A stretch of 62,920 nucleotides of DNA, filler included, from Stramenopiles sp. TOSAG23-3 (taxonomy: Eukaryota), in the NCBI GenBank assembly GCA_900128585.1. It is 9 parts of 9 records of this genome, joined end to end, with 100 filler letters (N's around TTAATTAATTAA, not from the genome) between each part and the next. Parts side by side here need not be neighbours in the genome. Positions count along the whole stretch, not along the records: positions 23,240 to 30,865 come from LT643124.1; positions 30,966 to 38,576 come from LT643125.1; positions 38,677 to 46,280 come from LT643126.1; 6 more parts are not named here. One strand, written 5' to 3'. The notes below the pieces were generated by a model that searched no databases, was not told the origin of the DNA, and worked only from the letters and a program-made list of their open reading frames with translations. Of the stretch, positions 29,538 to 40,967 are shown piece by piece; position 1 is the stretch's first letter, and each line of letters opens with the position of its first letter. The position numbers were made by a program, and so were the translations under genes.

Positions 29538-30467
29538 TTACAACTTTGCCTTTTTCGGCAACACCATTATGCCCTGGTTCAACAAGTTATGGGTATGCCC
29601 AGCATTGGGAATCTTTCCCCCTATCTCGAAAGAAAAGTTAGGGTAGTGGGGATTTGAAAAGTCTCCCCCAACAGACCAGTTTTCTCTTACAGTCTCTGGG
29701 GTAAATGGGTCTTGTCTCATGTTTGGGTGGCTGTACCCCGACGATTGCTGCCACCGCACTTTGGCAAACCAGCCTCCACCTGCCTCAACAACGATCCCAT
29801 TATCTTTGCACCTTTCATCGCACAGAAAGGCCACTACTGGTGAAACGTACTCTGGCTTCATGGCGCTTGTCCACGACAAGGGGGCGACAGTCTTTGTCAT
29901 TGCCGTCCCCGCTTGTGGGGCAACACAGTTAACATGAATTCCGCGCCGTGCCCCCTCTTGGGCCAGAGTATACGACAAACCGATAATGCCAGCTTTTGCA
30001 AAACTGTAGTTTGCCTGGCCAATTTGACCATACAATCCATTAACGGATGTTGTGTTGACAATCCTGCCATATTTTTGTTTGCGCATGTACGGCCAAGCGG
30101 CTTTGATTATGCTCTTTGTCCCTTTGCAATGCACCTCATACACGAGGTCCCATTGCTGTTCCGTCATTTTGGCGAACGAAACGTCTCGGAGTATCCCTGC
30201 GTTGTTCACGACGATATCTATCTTACCCCAAGTGTCGATAGCGGTTTGGACGACTTTTCCGCCTTGGACGACTGAATCGTAGTTTCCTACTGCCTCACCA
30301 CCACCTGCAATGATTTCTGCCACAACCGCACTTGCCGCCCCACGATTCATATCGTTTACTACAACTTTCGCACCTCGGCTCCCAAGCAGCAAAGCATGGG
30401 CGCGTCCGATACCTGCTCCACTCCCCGTGACTATTGCCACCCGACCGTCAAATCGTATTTCTGACAT
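29538..30467 (-). CDS. peroxisomal (3R)-hydroxyacyl-CoA dehydrogenase-like SDR (MFE2/HSD17B4 N-terminal domain only)
   Basis: IRFDGRVAIVTGSGAGIG, GAKVVVND, NNAGILRD, AAWPYMRKQKYGRI, GQANYSFAK and EAGGGWFAKVRWQ; C-terminal PTS1 AKL. Confidence 0.93.
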   Translation of the reverse strand: MSEIRFDGRVAIVTGSGAGIGRAHALLLGSRGAKVVVNDMNRGAASAVVAEIIAGGGEAVGNYDSVVQGGKVVQTAIDTWGKIDIVVNNAGILRDVSFAKMTEQQWDLVYEVHCKGTKSIIKAAWPYMRKQKYGRIVNTTSVNGLYGQIGQANYSFAKAGIIGLSYTLAQEGARRGIHVNCVAPQAGTAMTKTVAPLSWTSAMKPEYVSPVVAFLCDERCKDNGIVVEAGGGWFAKVRWQQSSGYSHPNMRQDPFTPETVRENWSVGGDFSNPHYPNFSFEIGGKIPNAGHTHNLLNQGIMVLPKKAKL

Positions 30468-30865
30468 TATGGAGGGTTTTTGTTATTAATATTATTTAAA
30501 CCTCGATTGTACAGCGATAGAAATTGGTGTTCAAGAAACAGAATATTATTCGATGACGAACAACGAACAACGAACGACTCTTTAAAAAAAGAAAAAGTGG
30601 TGAAGAAAAGAAAATATTTATATAATATTACCAAGGTAGATAATAATTCGTGTTGTAGAAAGTGTGAAAGATACGCGCTTCTTTTCATATTTTAATAATA
30701 AAATAATATGCAAAAAATCATATTAATATTAATATTTTATAGTAGTCCTATCATCATCATCATCATCATCCATCATGATTTTATTTATTATTATATATTT
30801 ATAATATTATTTTATTACATGGGGCAACGTAGTCGGTAAAGTCATGCAATGGTAATGGCAGTTTT

Positions 30866-30965
30866 NNNNNNNNNNNNNNNNNNNNNNNNNNNNNNNNNNN
30901 NNNNNNNNNTTAATTAATTAANNNNNNNNNNNNNNNNNNNNNNNNNNNNNNNNNNNNNNNNNNNN
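30866..30965. other. artificial contig linker
   Basis: N44-TTAATTAATTAA-N44. Confidence 0.99.
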
Positions 30966-31132
30966 GCGCGTGCAAGCAGATCGTTCCGCCTTATAAGGGA
31001 GGCAAGCCTTGCCGCTTCCTCCCACGCATGCAAACTGTCCTGAAATTTTTCTTGGGAGAACAGGCTGCGAGCGTTTTCCTCTGCCTGATCGTATTCATGA
31101 AGGAGCGATGTTTTGCCCGAGGGTGAACTCAT
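30966..31132 (-). CDS. 5' fragment of a TPR-like protein cut by the contig end
   Basis: ARSLFSQEKFQDSLHAWEEAARLA has a TPR helix pattern; the frame is open into the linker. Confidence 0.55.
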
Positions 31133-31438
31133 ACCGGACAAAGCCTTTCTGTAAACGGTTACTCAGATGGAACGTATGCCAACGAAATGATTTGCACAAC
31201 GTTGTTTCCCAAATAACAATCAACTAAAACAAAAAACGAACAAAAATCTCCTATACCTTTCCCACCATTACATTTTTTTGTATAAAGATTATCAGAAAGT
31301 ACCATACATACATACATATTAAGGATATATATATTGTGGAAGATAGTAATCATCATTCATGGTTCAACGAATTCATCAAAGCCGCGCGCCGCGCCTACAC
31401 CGTACCTCAATAAATAGACAAATAATATAAATAATACC

Positions 31439-31473
31439 GCCACAGGCCACAGGCCACAGGCCACAGGCCACAG
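31439..31473. repeat. 7-bp tandem repeat (GCCACAG)x5
   Basis: Read directly from the sequence. Confidence 0.85.
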
Positions 31474-32072
31474 CCCACCCAAAGCGCCACAGATCACAGA
31501 TGATTTTAAATATATTTTTTAATTAAAAAATAAGTTGCACACATATTTTGGTTAGGGATATATATTAATAATATACGAGTCTACGTAGTAAGAAGAAGAA
31601 AAGGAAAAATAGAATTCTTTGTATTAATGTTCTTTCGTTTGTAATGCTGTGATTATATATAAATTAAATTACATTTTTATATAATATATAAGTTGAAACA
31701 ATTCTTTTTCCCTTTTCTTTTGTAGAAGTCAGTCCCTATAGAACGTAGATAAAGAAGAAAGAAAAGAAAGACTCCTTTGGTATTTTATTCTATTCTAATG
31801 TTAGCTAATTCCACTTTTTAACATAAATATTTATAATAGGAGGAATACAACGAACAAATAGACCGACTAATAATAAAAAGAAAAAAACCATTTCGACTTT
31901 TATAAATTATTACGAGGTGCTATTTAGCTATAAAATATCTAACTAAAAATAACTAGAATAAATATACCGGTACATCGATTTTAAACAGCATCATCAAGGC
32001 TATCACACCACTAAAGAAAAAGTTGAAGAATGCGCTTTGCTTTCTTTTCCTTTCCTATTGGAAAAAATATTT

Positions 32073-33695
32073 CTATTTGAGGTAAGGCGTTCCACATGCG
32101 CTATTTTGATCGCAAGTGCAGTTTGTTGGGCAAACGTAACCACCTTGTTTTGCAACTTTGTCATTCATGCGCCAAACGCTTTCGACGAACTTTTTGCTGC
32201 TCGGGTCGACAGTGCTGTCGTAGTGCCAAAATGCGGCCGCCGCGACGTACCCTCTGGGCCAGATCATTCCCCCGATGCTCTTTGCAAAGGCGGCGTCGGT
32301 ATCCGGGCCGTACAGTTTCGAGCCGACGGGCAGGGCGGGTTTGTCGTTGGGGGGGTAGGCTCCACATTGGTCAATGAAGCAGTACGTATCGGTCCACATG
32401 CTCATTTCTCCTCCAAGAAGCATGTCCATTTTATCGCTCGGAACGCCGTACGAGATGTCATTCCAGCACGGGGTCCACCCTTCCGGGCCCCCCTTCGCAG
32501 CTGCAGTGAAGTAAAACCATTCGTCTTTGCTTTCTACGGCCTTTCGCCCCGACATAATGATCTCGCTTGCATTGTGCCGGGCCCAGGCATTCACTACTGT
32601 GTCCATGGTTGCTGCATTGGCATCAAACAAGCCCTCTTCCCACGTCTCAGGCACCTTCTTGAAGTCCGTCGCAATCGCACTGAGAAGTTTCCTCTCAAAG
32701 GCAAAGGTTGAGTTGAGCGTGCACTTTCCCTCCACGGTTGTTTCGTCGCACCCGATGTTGAAAACTTGGTCTTTGAACAGGCCGGACATTTCTTGCATGA
32801 GCTCGTAAATAACTTTGTAAGTGTTTCCCTCGGGGTCGCCGTAAAGCTGATCCTTGCTCTCGTCAGTTTTACAGAATTCGATGCCTTTCGATTCGATGGG
32901 CCTCAACCCCCTCGAATGCCCTGGAACATCGAATTCCGGCACGACTCGGATGCCACGGTCCGCCGCGTAGGCAATTAGGCCCGCAACGTCCTTCTGCGTG
33001 TAAAACCCGCCTTGGAGACCAGTCAACGACTCGGTCAAATTAGGGTACAGTTTGCTTTCAACGCTCCAACGGCAGCGGTCAGAAGCATGGAGGTGAAGCA
33101 CGTTCAATTTGACGGCCGCCATGGTATCCATGAGGTTCTCCATGGTCTCCACGTTGACGAATCGACGCCCGCTGTCGACCATAAGCCCTCGCCAGGCGTA
33201 GTCCGGTGAGTCGTGCACGGTCACGTTGTCTCCAAGGAGGTACGACCCTTTGGCCTCGTGCGACAGAAGTTGAGAGAACGATTCCATAGCATAGAGAGCG
33301 CCGAAAACGGACGGGGCGGTCAGTACCGCTTCGTTGGACGCCACGCGAATTTCATAGTCGTACACCGTGGCTTCGGTCGGTACCTCGTCAACCCCATTCC
33401 CTTCAAGCGTTTGAACAGACACCGTCGCGAAGCGCAAGAACTTCTCCCTCGTATCCGCCCCCTGGTTTCCAGCACCTAGCTTCCGGATGGATTCAGTGAA
33501 TCGCTCGACGCCCCGGCTCAATCGACCGTCTCTCAGAAGAGTACGTTGACCCGATATTCTAATTTCAAAGTCAGGGGCCAGCCGCAACTTTGGCCCGGCA
33601 ACAGACAGTCGTTTCGGCGGGGGCCAGACCGACGACGTAGCGGACGACGCCGTGACCAGGGTCGCCAGCGCGAACAAAACAGTGAAAAACCTCAT
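32073..33695 (-). CDS. beta-N-acetylhexosaminidase, GH20
   Basis: Signal peptide MRFFTVLFALATLV; VWPPP, DSPDYAWRGLMVDSGRRF, KLNVLHLH, RGIRVVPEFDVPGH, catalytic FNIGCDE, LGGEMSMW and IWPR. Confidence 0.96.
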   Translation of the reverse strand: MRFFTVLFALATLVTASSATSSVWPPPKRLSVAGPKLRLAPDFEIRISGQRTLLRDGRLSRGVERFTESIRKLGAGNQGADTREKFLRFATVSVQTLEGNGVDEVPTEATVYDYEIRVASNEAVLTAPSVFGALYAMESFSQLLSHEAKGSYLLGDNVTVHDSPDYAWRGLMVDSGRRFVNVETMENLMDTMAAVKLNVLHLHASDRCRWSVESKLYPNLTESLTGLQGGFYTQKDVAGLIAYAADRGIRVVPEFDVPGHSRGLRPIESKGIEFCKTDESKDQLYGDPEGNTYKVIYELMQEMSGLFKDQVFNIGCDETTVEGKCTLNSTFAFERKLLSAIATDFKKVPETWEEGLFDANAATMDTVVNAWARHNASEIIMSGRKAVESKDEWFYFTAAAKGGPEGWTPCWNDISYGVPSDKMDMLLGGEMSMWTDTYCFIDQCGAYPPNDKPALPVGSKLYGPDTDAAFAKSIGGMIWPRGYVAAAAFWHYDSTVDPSSKKFVESVWRMNDKVAKQGGYVCPTNCTCDQNSACGTPYLK

Positions 33696-34327
33696 TCGAC
33701 TTTCAGGTTGTAAGCTATGTAAAAATAAACCGCTTCTCCAATCAATGCAACCTTTGGTTTTAAATTGATGCTTATCTTTTATCCCACATATTTGTTTCGT
33801 CTTACGAAATGAAATTTGTGTAAACAATTAACATAATACTAGACCTAGATTGAGGTTCAGCTCATGCATTTTGAACAACTCGTCTCTTGTTGAACTTCAA
33901 ACATTCGCGGCGGCGACGATGTCTCAATTGAACATACCATACTTGTATTTTATAATCATTATTATAATGACATATTCACTATTTAATAAACAATCTTATG
34001 CAGAATATCATACAATAAAGTATATTTTATATCTATATATATTTATATTACACTACTGTTTGTCTTGTTCTACTACTAGCATTTAAAATTTTTTTTTATT
34101 ATTTTTTTTTTTAGTTTTTTTTGTGAAATTTAAATTGTTTCCTGTGATACTAGTCAAACCACTAGTCAAACCGAACATTTGTAAAAAAAAAGGAGAGAGA
34201 GAAAGATTGATTTAGTCGTTGATTTAAGTGGTCCACAACGTCTATAGTAGAACCGGTCTTGTGTTTTTTAGAATTGAACAGTCATCTTTCTTTTAATTAT
34301 CATCTTTGGCAACGGACTCGAACGACA

Positions 34328-35152
34328 ATGGTTACCTTTCTTCGAAACTATGAGGAGACGTTGCGGTCTGTCGAGCCGACGGCTGTGTTCCAAAAAGTTT
34401 TGTTGTTTACTTGGTTTTGGGAGTTCTCTTACCGCGCGATACGGTTAATATGCCCCGTTTTGAAAAATCACGAAAAACATTCCCCGGAACGATTTCTTGA
34501 GGTCGCATCTATCAAAGCAAACACCGCGTTCCACGCTCTCGTTATCGGGCCCATGTCTGCGTACGCGCTGCTTTCAAACGAGACCATGCTCAAGATTGTC
34601 ACGTATTTGAGAGCGTTCGACATGGAGGCATTGACCGGGAATTACCACACATTTTACGCCACAGAAAGTGATTGGTTGCCAATATTGACCCCACTCTCAG
34701 TCGCATTTTTTATATGGGAGCTCATTTACCTGAATCGATGGGAAGTGTTTGACCTTGCGATGGTCTTCCACCATGTGTTCGCTATCGTTGCGTGGCCCCT
34801 GGCGCTGTGCAACGGCCTGGCCAATTTCTTCTTATTGGCGTACCAAGCCTCGGAGCTGTCCTCCCCGTTGATCCACATTCGGTGGTTCGCTCGCACGTTT
34901 TTTGGAACTGGCGCATTGTGGATGTTCACAACGCTAACGTTTGCTCTGCTGTTTACTGCTATCCGCGTCGTCACGATTCCTCACGTGCTCGTGGCATACA
35001 TGGCAGCGCGCCCGTGGGAGCACGAGGTCCTACTGCTCTCGTCCGTCGCAAGTTTTACTTTAGTCATGCCAATCATTCTGAATACGTTCTGGTTCATCTT
35101 AATTGCGCAAATGGGCGCAAAAATGGTGCGCCCGAAGAAAAAGAAGGCGTAA
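34328..35152 (+). CDS. TLC (TRAM/LAG1/CLN8) domain membrane protein
   Basis: MVFHH, SELSSPLIHIRW, FALLFTAIRV and LNTFWFILI; C-terminal di-lysine ER signal KKKA. Confidence 0.9.
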   Translation: MVTFLRNYEETLRSVEPTAVFQKVLLFTWFWEFSYRAIRLICPVLKNHEKHSPERFLEVASIKANTAFHALVIGPMSAYALLSNETMLKIVTYLRAFDMEALTGNYHTFYATESDWLPILTPLSVAFFIWELIYLNRWEVFDLAMVFHHVFAIVAWPLALCNGLANFFLLAYQASELSSPLIHIRWFARTFFGTGALWMFTTLTFALLFTAIRVVTIPHVLVAYMAARPWEHEVLLLSSVASFTLVMPIILNTFWFILIAQMGAKMVRPKKKKA

Positions 35153-35343
35153 GGCATAGGAAGAGAGTTTGCAAGTAATGTTTATGAACTCAAAATATAT
35201 ATTTTAATCTTTTGAATGAAATTTTCCCCCTCCACTTCGGCGTTCAACTCAGTTTTCCAACAACAAGATATTAAATAGTATTCAGACAACAGAACAAGAC
35301 GGAGTTACAAAGGCCCCCCTTTTTCTTATTGGTGCGGAGAAAA

Positions 35344-36516
35344 TCATTCTGCTGCACAGGATATTTCTTCTTTCATCTTTATCAGGTTGGTCAGCAAGCC
35401 GTTGTATTTGGCGTCTAAACCGTCCGCAGCTTTGCTGGAAATCCACCCGTTGATGTAGTCGATTTCCGTTCTCCGCCCCGCCATGACATCTTGGTACATG
35501 CTCGAATTGTTGGCCCTGTTCACCGTGTTGACTATGTATTCCGATAACTCGGTGCCATCAAGTGGCGGGCTGCAGGCCGGGTCCAACCTGGACGCAGCAG
35601 CCACTTCATTGCACACACCTTGGAGGGCTTTTAGGGACGTCGGGGTCGACAGAAACACCCCGTTGGGGCAGGCAAGGACCCCAGTAAATGCATTCATGAC
35701 ACAGTTTACCCCCAGCTTGGTCCAGAGCCTCCGTCGTATCAGATTACCGGGGGTTTCGTCCGTGGTTTTCAAGCTCGCACCGTTCATAATAGCCAAGGCT
35801 TCCTTGTAGCGTCCAGTTGCTACCTCAGAGTACCCCCTACCCTCATTCGACAGGCCGAACCAGCACGCGCCATGGCCACCAGCATCGACCGCCGTCAGAG
35901 CCTTTTCGTGGGGCTCCCCTGGGCGACGAAATGCGCCCTGCATCGTGACACCAGAGACGAGATACGAGTTCGAAAATTCACCATGCGACGCCAACTCCTC
36001 TTCCAGTGCAAGGCTCCCATTACACAGCAACATGATAATGCTGTCCTTTGCAAGCCGCGAGCTGATTGATTTCAGCGCGCTTTGTGCATCGTTCGCCTTT
36101 GTGACCACAAGCACCGTCGTTATGGCGTCCTGCTCCTCTGGCCTGCAGTCAGTCTTACCCTCGTCAAGCACCCGTTCGAACTGGACCACGGTCTTTTCGA
36201 AACTATCCAGCCCCTGTTGTTCCCAGAGCAGATTTTCCACTTCCAACTCAACGCGTGGAGACGATTCATGTTCAGTGATTTTTCCAGCCTGTTCCAACTG
36301 TTTCACTCTCTGGGACCGCAAGAGCAACGAAACATCCGCACCAGAGCGAGCGATCCGGTTTGCAAAGACCCGCCCAATAGCCCCTGCACCGAGGATGTGA
36401 AGCTTGCTGCTGGGTGGCATGGGCAAGGAAGGGGCGGGAACAAACAATATGCAACACGTTCCTTCCAAAGCAATATCCACTATTTGCTTGCTCACACTTA
36501 CTTCTTCTGTGAGCAT
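35344..36516 (-). CDS. panE: 2-dehydropantoate 2-reductase (ketopantoate reductase, ApbA/PanE); start may be at 36420
   Basis: ILGAGAIG, VVTKA, LLCNG, LWTKLGVNCVMNAFT and NNSSMYQDVMAGRRTEIDYING. Confidence 0.92.
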   Translation of the reverse strand: MLTEEVSVSKQIVDIALEGTCCILFVPAPSLPMPPSSKLHILGAGAIGRVFANRIARSGADVSLLLRSQRVKQLEQAGKITEHESSPRVELEVENLLWEQQGLDSFEKTVVQFERVLDEGKTDCRPEEQDAITTVLVVTKANDAQSALKSISSRLAKDSIIMLLCNGSLALEEELASHGEFSNSYLVSGVTMQGAFRRPGEPHEKALTAVDAGGHGACWFGLSNEGRGYSEVATGRYKEALAIMNGASLKTTDETPGNLIRRRLWTKLGVNCVMNAFTGVLACPNGVFLSTPTSLKALQGVCNEVAAASRLDPACSPPLDGTELSEYIVNTVNRANNSSMYQDVMAGRRTEIDYINGWISSKAADGLDAKYNGLLTNLIKMKEEISCAAE

Positions 36517-36870
36517 TTCTCATAAAAATTGTTATTTTTTTGTGCAGACATATCTATCTAAAATGCTTCATGTAATCATCAAAATCACGCAACAACGCTC
36601 GCGCAATTTCAATGCGAAGGATGATGTTCGTATCATCGGCACACCGTGGTGGTGTTTTAGTATTATACTATTTATTACACCCAGCAGCAGCAGCAGCAGC
36701 GACCAAAAGAAGAAGACCGACCAACAAATTCAACAACTTGATGCTCTGATGCTCTGATGGTGTTATTAATTATAGTAAATGTCCCGGTAAACATCAAAGT
36801 AAAAAAGAATAAAACAAATTATTATAGAGACTAGAAGAAGTTGAATTCATTCGCAGTTATTATTTTATCC

Positions 36871-37471
36871 TCATGATGGGGCGTTGATCGTAAGTTCTTC
36901 CATTGCACTTCTTAAAATATAGTGTTTGGATCCAGTTTTGCAGCGTCTCAAACTGGATTTATCACCACCCTTGTGTTTCCCTTTTTGTTTATTCAATGAT
37001 TTGTTTGAGCGACCACCACAGCAATGGCATGATTTCCGGTTCGAATTCCCATGAACCTTTTCATTATGGCGACGGGCACTTCCAGCGCATGTTTTTTTTG
37101 ACAAATTATGCAACCGTTTCTTCCGTTTTCCATGAATACCTTTAATCCATCCACTAGATTTGCGCGATACAGGATTCATGCGCGCCAAGCACCCAAAACC
37201 AGGCTCCAACTTTGTCGCCTCGTGCGTGACAAGTCTCTGGGTGCAGTACGTTCCAAATCCCGAATTCCGCGAACGGCACTTGGTAGTTGTATACCTTGTC
37301 AGCATACGACGGAGGTTTGATAACTATAAATGAGTCCTGATCCATACTATTTGCGGATGATGTTGGAGACAAAACAACATACCCATCTTCATCGTTACTG
37401 CTGCCAGGGAACCATTCTTCAAAATCCTCCGAATCATCTTCAAATTCATTCACCTCAATGATGCTTTCCAT
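36871..37471 (-). CDS. hypothetical protein with acidic N-terminus and basic C-terminus; two frames joined by a candidate 58-nt intron (37294-37237)
   Basis: Overlapping ORFs 37154..37471 and 36871..37305. Removing GTATAC...CCCAG gives in-frame PSYADK|RLVTHEATKLEP. Confidence 0.5.
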
Positions 37472-38227
37472 TATATAAACACGTTCAACTCTACATACGG
37501 TATGTCCACATAAAGTCCTCTCTCATTCTCGCTACATGTAAATATCTAGACTAATAAGTATATAAATCCACTTCTCCTTTAAAAAAGTACCAGAATCATT
37601 CTTTCTTTTCTAATATAATCTGTCTTGTTTTTTTAGATGATATATTGATGGACGACTACTATAATATACCCCGGTATATTATTATATAATAATACACCAA
37701 GAAGGTAAATACCAAGGAAAAACGAGAAAAACGAACGCGACTTTTCTTCTTCTTCTTCTTTCTTTCTACTTCTTCTTTCTTTCTACTTCTTCTTCTTTTT
37801 TCTTGTGCGTGATCTTGGTGGTGGTCTTACTTAGTCTAATGTTGTGCCCTTACTTAAAAGATGACGTGTTCGTAATAGTAGTTGGTTTTCTTCTTCTTTC
37901 TTTCTTTCTTTCTTTCTTTCTTCTAGTTTATAATTAAAATAAAACTTTCTTCTTCTCTTCTTCTCTTCTGTGCAAAACACAGCAGCAGGAGGCAGGTCGG
38001 TCGGTGCTTTATTATTATGTTGGTACTTTTTTTAAATTTGTTTTTACTTCAATTACGAGGACTATATATATTTTGAATGGAAAACATGAAATAAAAGGGA
38101 ATTAAAAATGAGATAAAACCAAAACAGAACGGAGTGTTCACACAGAAAACTTATATTTCTTTCTTGTCTTATTGAATGAGAAGTTGTTCTTGTAGTATCG
38201 TGTTTGTTCGATTGATACTTTGAGTAT

Positions 38228-38576
38228 ATGGTTAGTCGTGTTGCTGAATCCGTGGGCGTTTCTTCCGACTATGCTGCAAGCCGTGACCCTACGATGGCCT
38301 GGGAGAGGCGTCGGTACAAGAAGTCCTGTCATTTTGATACCCTACAGCAAAATTTTGGCGAAAATCCATGCCCCGAGGGTCATTGCAGGTGGGTAACGAT
38401 AAGTGATACGCATGGAAAACATCGAGCCCTGTCTGAAAATAATATGCTACCGGACGGAGACGTGCTTCTTCACGCCGGCGACTTGACCAATGTAGGTGAA
38501 GTTAAGCAGATCTCGGACTTTTGCGACTGGATGTCCGAACTGACACAGTACAAACACAAAATAGTTATTGCAGGTA
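38228..38576 (+). CDS. metallophosphoesterase (MPPED/239FB-like), 3'-truncated
   Basis: ISDTHGKH, GDVLLHAGDLT and KHKIVIAG, stopping just before the expected GNH motif. Ends at CAG|GTA, a possible donor site. Confidence 0.9.
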
Positions 38577-38676
38577 NNNNNNNNNNNNNNNNNNNNNNNN
38601 NNNNNNNNNNNNNNNNNNNNTTAATTAATTAANNNNNNNNNNNNNNNNNNNNNNNNNNNNNNNNNNNNNNNNNNNN
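38577..38676. other. artificial contig linker
   Basis: N44-TTAATTAATTAA-N44. Confidence 0.99.
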
Positions 38677-40967
38677 TTTTCCGCATCATAGACCGTGGAG
38701 TCGCGGCAGACGCGCTCGACTTCGCGAGTCTGGTTCATCTTAGCGGCAGACTCGATGTAACGGTAATGAACTTCTGGATCCTGCGAGTTGTTCACGACGC
38801 CCCCAAGGTAGTAGAACATCCCTTCAAAGAAGTTGAAATCTTCGAAGCATTTGATCAAGTTCTCTGCGCCGAGTTGTTCGTTGTACTTGGTCGCAATTTG
38901 AACGATAACTTGCTTGTTGGCGCCAATGTTGTGGGTCATCAAAGTCTTCAAGCACTCAATGGCGTTTTCCGGCGTCATGGTGCCAAAAAAGGTCACAAGA
39001 AAATCGGGGTTGATCTGCTGGGTGTAAACGATGCAGCGTTGGATGTCCGACAGCTCCGAGTAGTGCGACAGCGCCTGCTGAAACAACTGCGTCTTTTCGC
39101 ACAATTGAGCAACGCGCTCGCGGTCGTAGTGTGTGATCATGTTGCTCCCCAAAATGGCGTCGGCGACCTGTGGGGCCCCACCCAATAGATTAATTTCTAG
39201 CAGGCGCGTTTGGAGCGCGGCTTCTTCGGGTTTGTTTCCCTTCAGGACGTCCAGTAAAAAGCTCGTGCATTCTTGGATGCGGTTCATTTGCATGAACACT
39301 TCCACGGCGGAATTGATGTCGATAAGGGCACCGCCCTCGTTGTTCGCCAAGCGCTTCGCGAAATCCTCGGCCGCTTTTGGGTTCTGGCGCACCATGTGCT
39401 GAAGCATCATGGGGTAGTCCGGTCGAAACCCGACTTTGTTCGAGTACTTGATAATGTTCTCGTAGTCCCCGGTCTGCATGAAGCATTGAATTACCTTCTC
39501 CGTGGAGTTTGCTCGCAGGTAGACGGCAAGGGCCATCTTCGGGTCCTGGTGCTGCATGATCATGTCTCCGAGCTGCTCGCTGCACTCCAGCTTGTCTTCT
39601 TTCAACCATTTCTCCAAAAGCTGCTTTTTGTTTTGCAGAAGCACGGGCCTTACGAGTTCCACACTTTCGATCGAATTCAGTTTGCCGACTTCTAGAAGGC
39701 TGCTGAAGTACTTCAAGACCGGCTGGGGCTGGCCAGGCGTAGCGGGAAGCTGCTGGAATCGTTTGATGGTTTCCATGTTGCGCAGCGTAGTGCCCGGGGA
39801 TTTCGCTGCCAGCTTGGCAGCCCCCTCGTAGTTTCGGGCTTGCATTAGCCTCTCAAACTGCTCTTTGAACAGCCCTTCGCCGCCGCCCAAGCCAAGGCGC
39901 GCGCTAACGCTCAACGCAAGCGACGGGTTGTTCAATTGGGATTGGATGTACGGCACCAGCTTTCCCTCGTCGACGCAAATCGCGAGCAACGAACCTTTCC
40001 CTGCAGTAACGCCAAGCACCCCGCCGTTCGAGGGGTCATCGGTGCTTGCGAACACGGTGTCCATACTAATGCGGTTGCAGTAGATCATCGTCCCAGTCAT
40101 GATGTCGAACATGTAAAAATAACCGAGCTTCGTGATCAAGAAGATCATTTGGTGTTTGTCGCTGGCCGTCAGGCTGCATGGGAAGTCCCCCTGCTGCATC
40201 GCTTGCGCGGGGAAGGGGACGTTTTGCGGGGCAATCTTGAACGGCTGGCCGCCTTTGGCCCCGACTTCCATGATAAAAAGTCGCGGGTTCTGCCCCTCCT
40301 TCTTCTCACAGAAACTAAAAAGGGTGCGCTTCGTGGGTTCGTTGTTCATGTTGACGTCCACGAAAGTACCCGCGTGGCCTTCCAGGAACTGGCTGACCGA
40401 GCGCTCCATGCTGTAGAGCTGCATCGCGCCCGCGATACCGCCCTGGGAGCCCTTTTTGATCCCTACGACCACCAGCCACTTTCCATCCGAGGATGCTTTA
40501 TAGTTGATGATCTGGCACCCGTTCAGGGAAGCGTGGCGATCGAACACTTTCGTCGGGGTGCTCCCACCTTCTATGCTCCAGTGGTAGCACTCGTTCGCAG
40601 TGACGATGGCAATAACTTTAGGGTTGATCCACGTCCAGAAGACGACGGGCTTCTGCATTTCGTGCGACTTCATCTTGGATTTCAAGTCGATGTTGAAAAT
40701 TTGCAGCTTGTTCCCAGCGCGGAGACCGATAATCTTACTAATAGGGTTCATGATCGCACTATCTCCGGCGAACGGAAACTTGCTGGCTTGCCTGGTTTCC
40801 AAATCTATCACACTCAAGGACTGAGGGTTCGACGTTGTATCTTTGGCGCACAGATACTTGGAACTTGTCATAGTCACGCTTCCGAACTTCACATCATTCG
40901 AGTTGATCCCCATCTGACAGATGTTCATCTTTTCTTGAAAGACGATAGGAATGTTTTGCGACGCCAT
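38677..40967 (-). CDS. CLTC: clathrin heavy chain, N-terminal ~760 aa (3'-truncated)
   Basis: DSAIMNPISKIIGL, LQIFNIDLKSKMKSH, GAMQLYS, KWLKEDKLECSEQLGD, LQTRLLEINL and EVERVCRDS. Confidence 0.99.
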
